Below the pieces are notes generated by a model that saw only the letters and a list, made by a program, of their open reading frames with translations, searched no databases and was not told where the DNA came from. The translations under genes and the position numbers were made by a program. DNA of 63,185 nt, filler included, from Globobulimina sp. (lineage: Eukaryota), in NCBI GenBank assembly GCA_003354225.1. It is 36 parts of 36 records of this genome, joined end to end, with 100 filler letters (N's around TTAATTAATTAA, not from the genome) between each part and the next. Parts side by side here need not be neighbours in the genome. Positions count along the whole stretch, not along the records: positions 61,530 to 63,185 come from PIVH01013529.1; 35 more parts are not named here. One strand, written 5' to 3'. This document shows, piece after piece, positions 61,530 through 63,185 of this stretch. The stretch's first letter is position 1. Each line of letters begins with the position of its first letter.

Positions 61530-63185
61530 AATTTTAATTCATTGCAAGCAATCAAAGATTGGATGGATATGGAAATTAAGAAACCATCAATTTTAGGTTC
61601 TGTTGATAGGGAAGGCTTTGTCATTAGAATTAATTCCTCATTTCATATGAAACAATTTGAGCAATCAATGGCTAAATATGTTCGCAAAGGGCATATTCAA
61701 ACGGATAAAAATTGGATCAGAACTTGGAAAAAAGTACAGTTAATACACAGTGAACAGAAAATTGATGATAAAAACATGAAACAATTCAAAAAAAAGAAAA
61801 AGAAATGTAAACCTTCATTGAAAACATCGTTGATAATTTGTTGTGGACTGCCAGGGTCCGGAAAATCTACGTTTGCAAAGCATTTATGTGGACATAGGGA
61901 TGAATGGGAAAGAGCAGGAACGGATTTATTTGGTAAGGATAAGAATGCCGTATTTTCCTTTGTTGCAAGAATAGCAAAAAACAAACAAAAGAAATGCATT
62001 GTTGAAAATTGTAATGTCACTGTTGCAAAACGTGCTGAATTGTTAGACTGTGCGTTTAAACCTCGTAATGCAGTGTGTGTTTATTTTGATATTGATAGAA
62101 ATCAATGTGTGAATAGAACGAAAAAGAGAGAGAATCATGAAACAAAGAATCTATTTAAACATGCAAAGGGGAATAAAATTATTCATTCATTTGCTAAACA
62201 ATTACAAATTCCAACAGCAAAGGAAGGATTTAAACACATTATTACCATACAAAACGATTCTGATATAAATGCATTGTTATCCAGATTGGGAGTTAAACAA
62301 TGCATAAAATCGAGTTATATTAAAGAAGTGCAACAGGAAGAAAAGAAAAACGATTATGATAATGATGAAGCAAAGGCGGAGGAACACAAAGCAAATGTTT
62401 CTAGAAAGAAACAAAATTTTTTGATCAAAAATGATAATGATTTGTATGTGGCATTAATGGCAAAATCAAGATTCGCAATGAATGTTAAAAGTTTATGTAA
62501 GAAATTGCAATTAGAAATAAATAAGGTATTGAATATATACGTAATTGGAAGTAGAGAGTGGGGCAATGCACAGTCTTCGTCTGATTGGGATGTTATAATT
62601 GTAACAAATGATAAAAACGATCGAGTGTTTGTATCGGTTGGTAATGTCGACGCATATATTTTGGATAAATATCAATGGAAAAGAGAATTAAACCACAATC
62701 GGTTTGTATGTTGGTTAACATTATTTTTACCAAATCAAGCAATTTGGAAAGAAAATTTAAGTGTTTCTCATGTTAATAAAAATGAATTAAATTACGATAA
62801 AAGTTTAAATGATGTAAAAGTGCATGGATTTGGATATGGACTATTTGTGAATGCATTATCTCGAGAAATTGAGAAAGATATAAAAAAAATAAAAAAATTT
62901 TATAGAAAAAATAAGTTGGATAAAGTTTACAAAACATTTATTCATTCGTACAGAATGATAAATATTTGCAAAAAAATTATTGTTTTGTTACAAGAAACAT
63001 ATGCAATAAATGATAATAACGATAGTATTGATATTGAATGCGAATCATTTGCAGATAAGTCATTGATTGGAACGATTAAATTTGATGAAATTGAAGATAT
63101 AATTCGACAGAAACAGAAGCAGCTTGAAAGTAGTAACAGTGACAAACATACATCTGATATTTGGCTCAATCAGCTCAGAAATGGT
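61530..63185 (+). CDS. RNA ligase + polynucleotide kinase + nucleotidyltransferase fusion (open at both ends; absent from ORF track)
   Basis: 552 stop-free codons: EGFVIR...AKYVRKGHIQTDKNW (ligase motifs IV/V); GLPGSGKST at 61845, IVENCN, C..R...R..H, P...EGF (PNK/AAA_33); NIYVIGSR.WG.....SDWD at 62547-62591 (Pol-beta NTase). Confidence 0.85.

Noticed and set aside
61697-63169. Minus-strand ORFs 61697-62020, 62354-62566, 62942-63169
   Set aside because: Shadows of the long plus-strand RNA-repair frame.

Overview
This window is not one locus. It is 36 short contigs, sorted by length (1659 down to 1656 bp), joined by artificial 100-nt spacers (N44-TTAATTAATTAA-N44, stops in all six frames), so adjacency across spacers means nothing. 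Most DNA is from an AT-rich eukaryote with short (about 50-75 nt) GT-AG introns; gene style suggests a foraminiferan/rhizarian (inference). Recognisable genes: U2AF large subunit, actin, GH18 chitinase, PA-RING E3 ligase, TRP channel, VPS13, G-alpha, PEX12, TVP38/TMEM64, SVOP-like MFS, sulfotransferase, ADP-ribosylglycohydrolase and others. At least five contig tips carry bacterial gene scraps (DUF4040, Reg_prop, DHH, ggt, AbiEii), typical of whole-genome-amplification chimeras. Highlights: (1) a Polinton/adintovirus-like virion module at 31659-33316 (A32/FtsK packaging ATPase, penton-like gene with an in-frame TAG, spliced Lys/Arg-rich core-like protein), with a possible second fragment in contig 1; (2) a 552-codon frame missed by the ORF track (61530-63185) fusing RNA ligase, polynucleotide kinase and a Pol-beta-type nucleotidyltransferase; (3) a contig that closes into a 1540-bp unit with exactly one intact RCC1 gene; (4) nested MITEs with an 8-bp TSD; (5) a bacterial-type amine-dehydrogenase-like enzyme with signal peptide and KTEL; (6) an F-box-like N-terminal motif shared by unrelated proteins. 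All family calls come from motif recognition by eye; no database searches were run.
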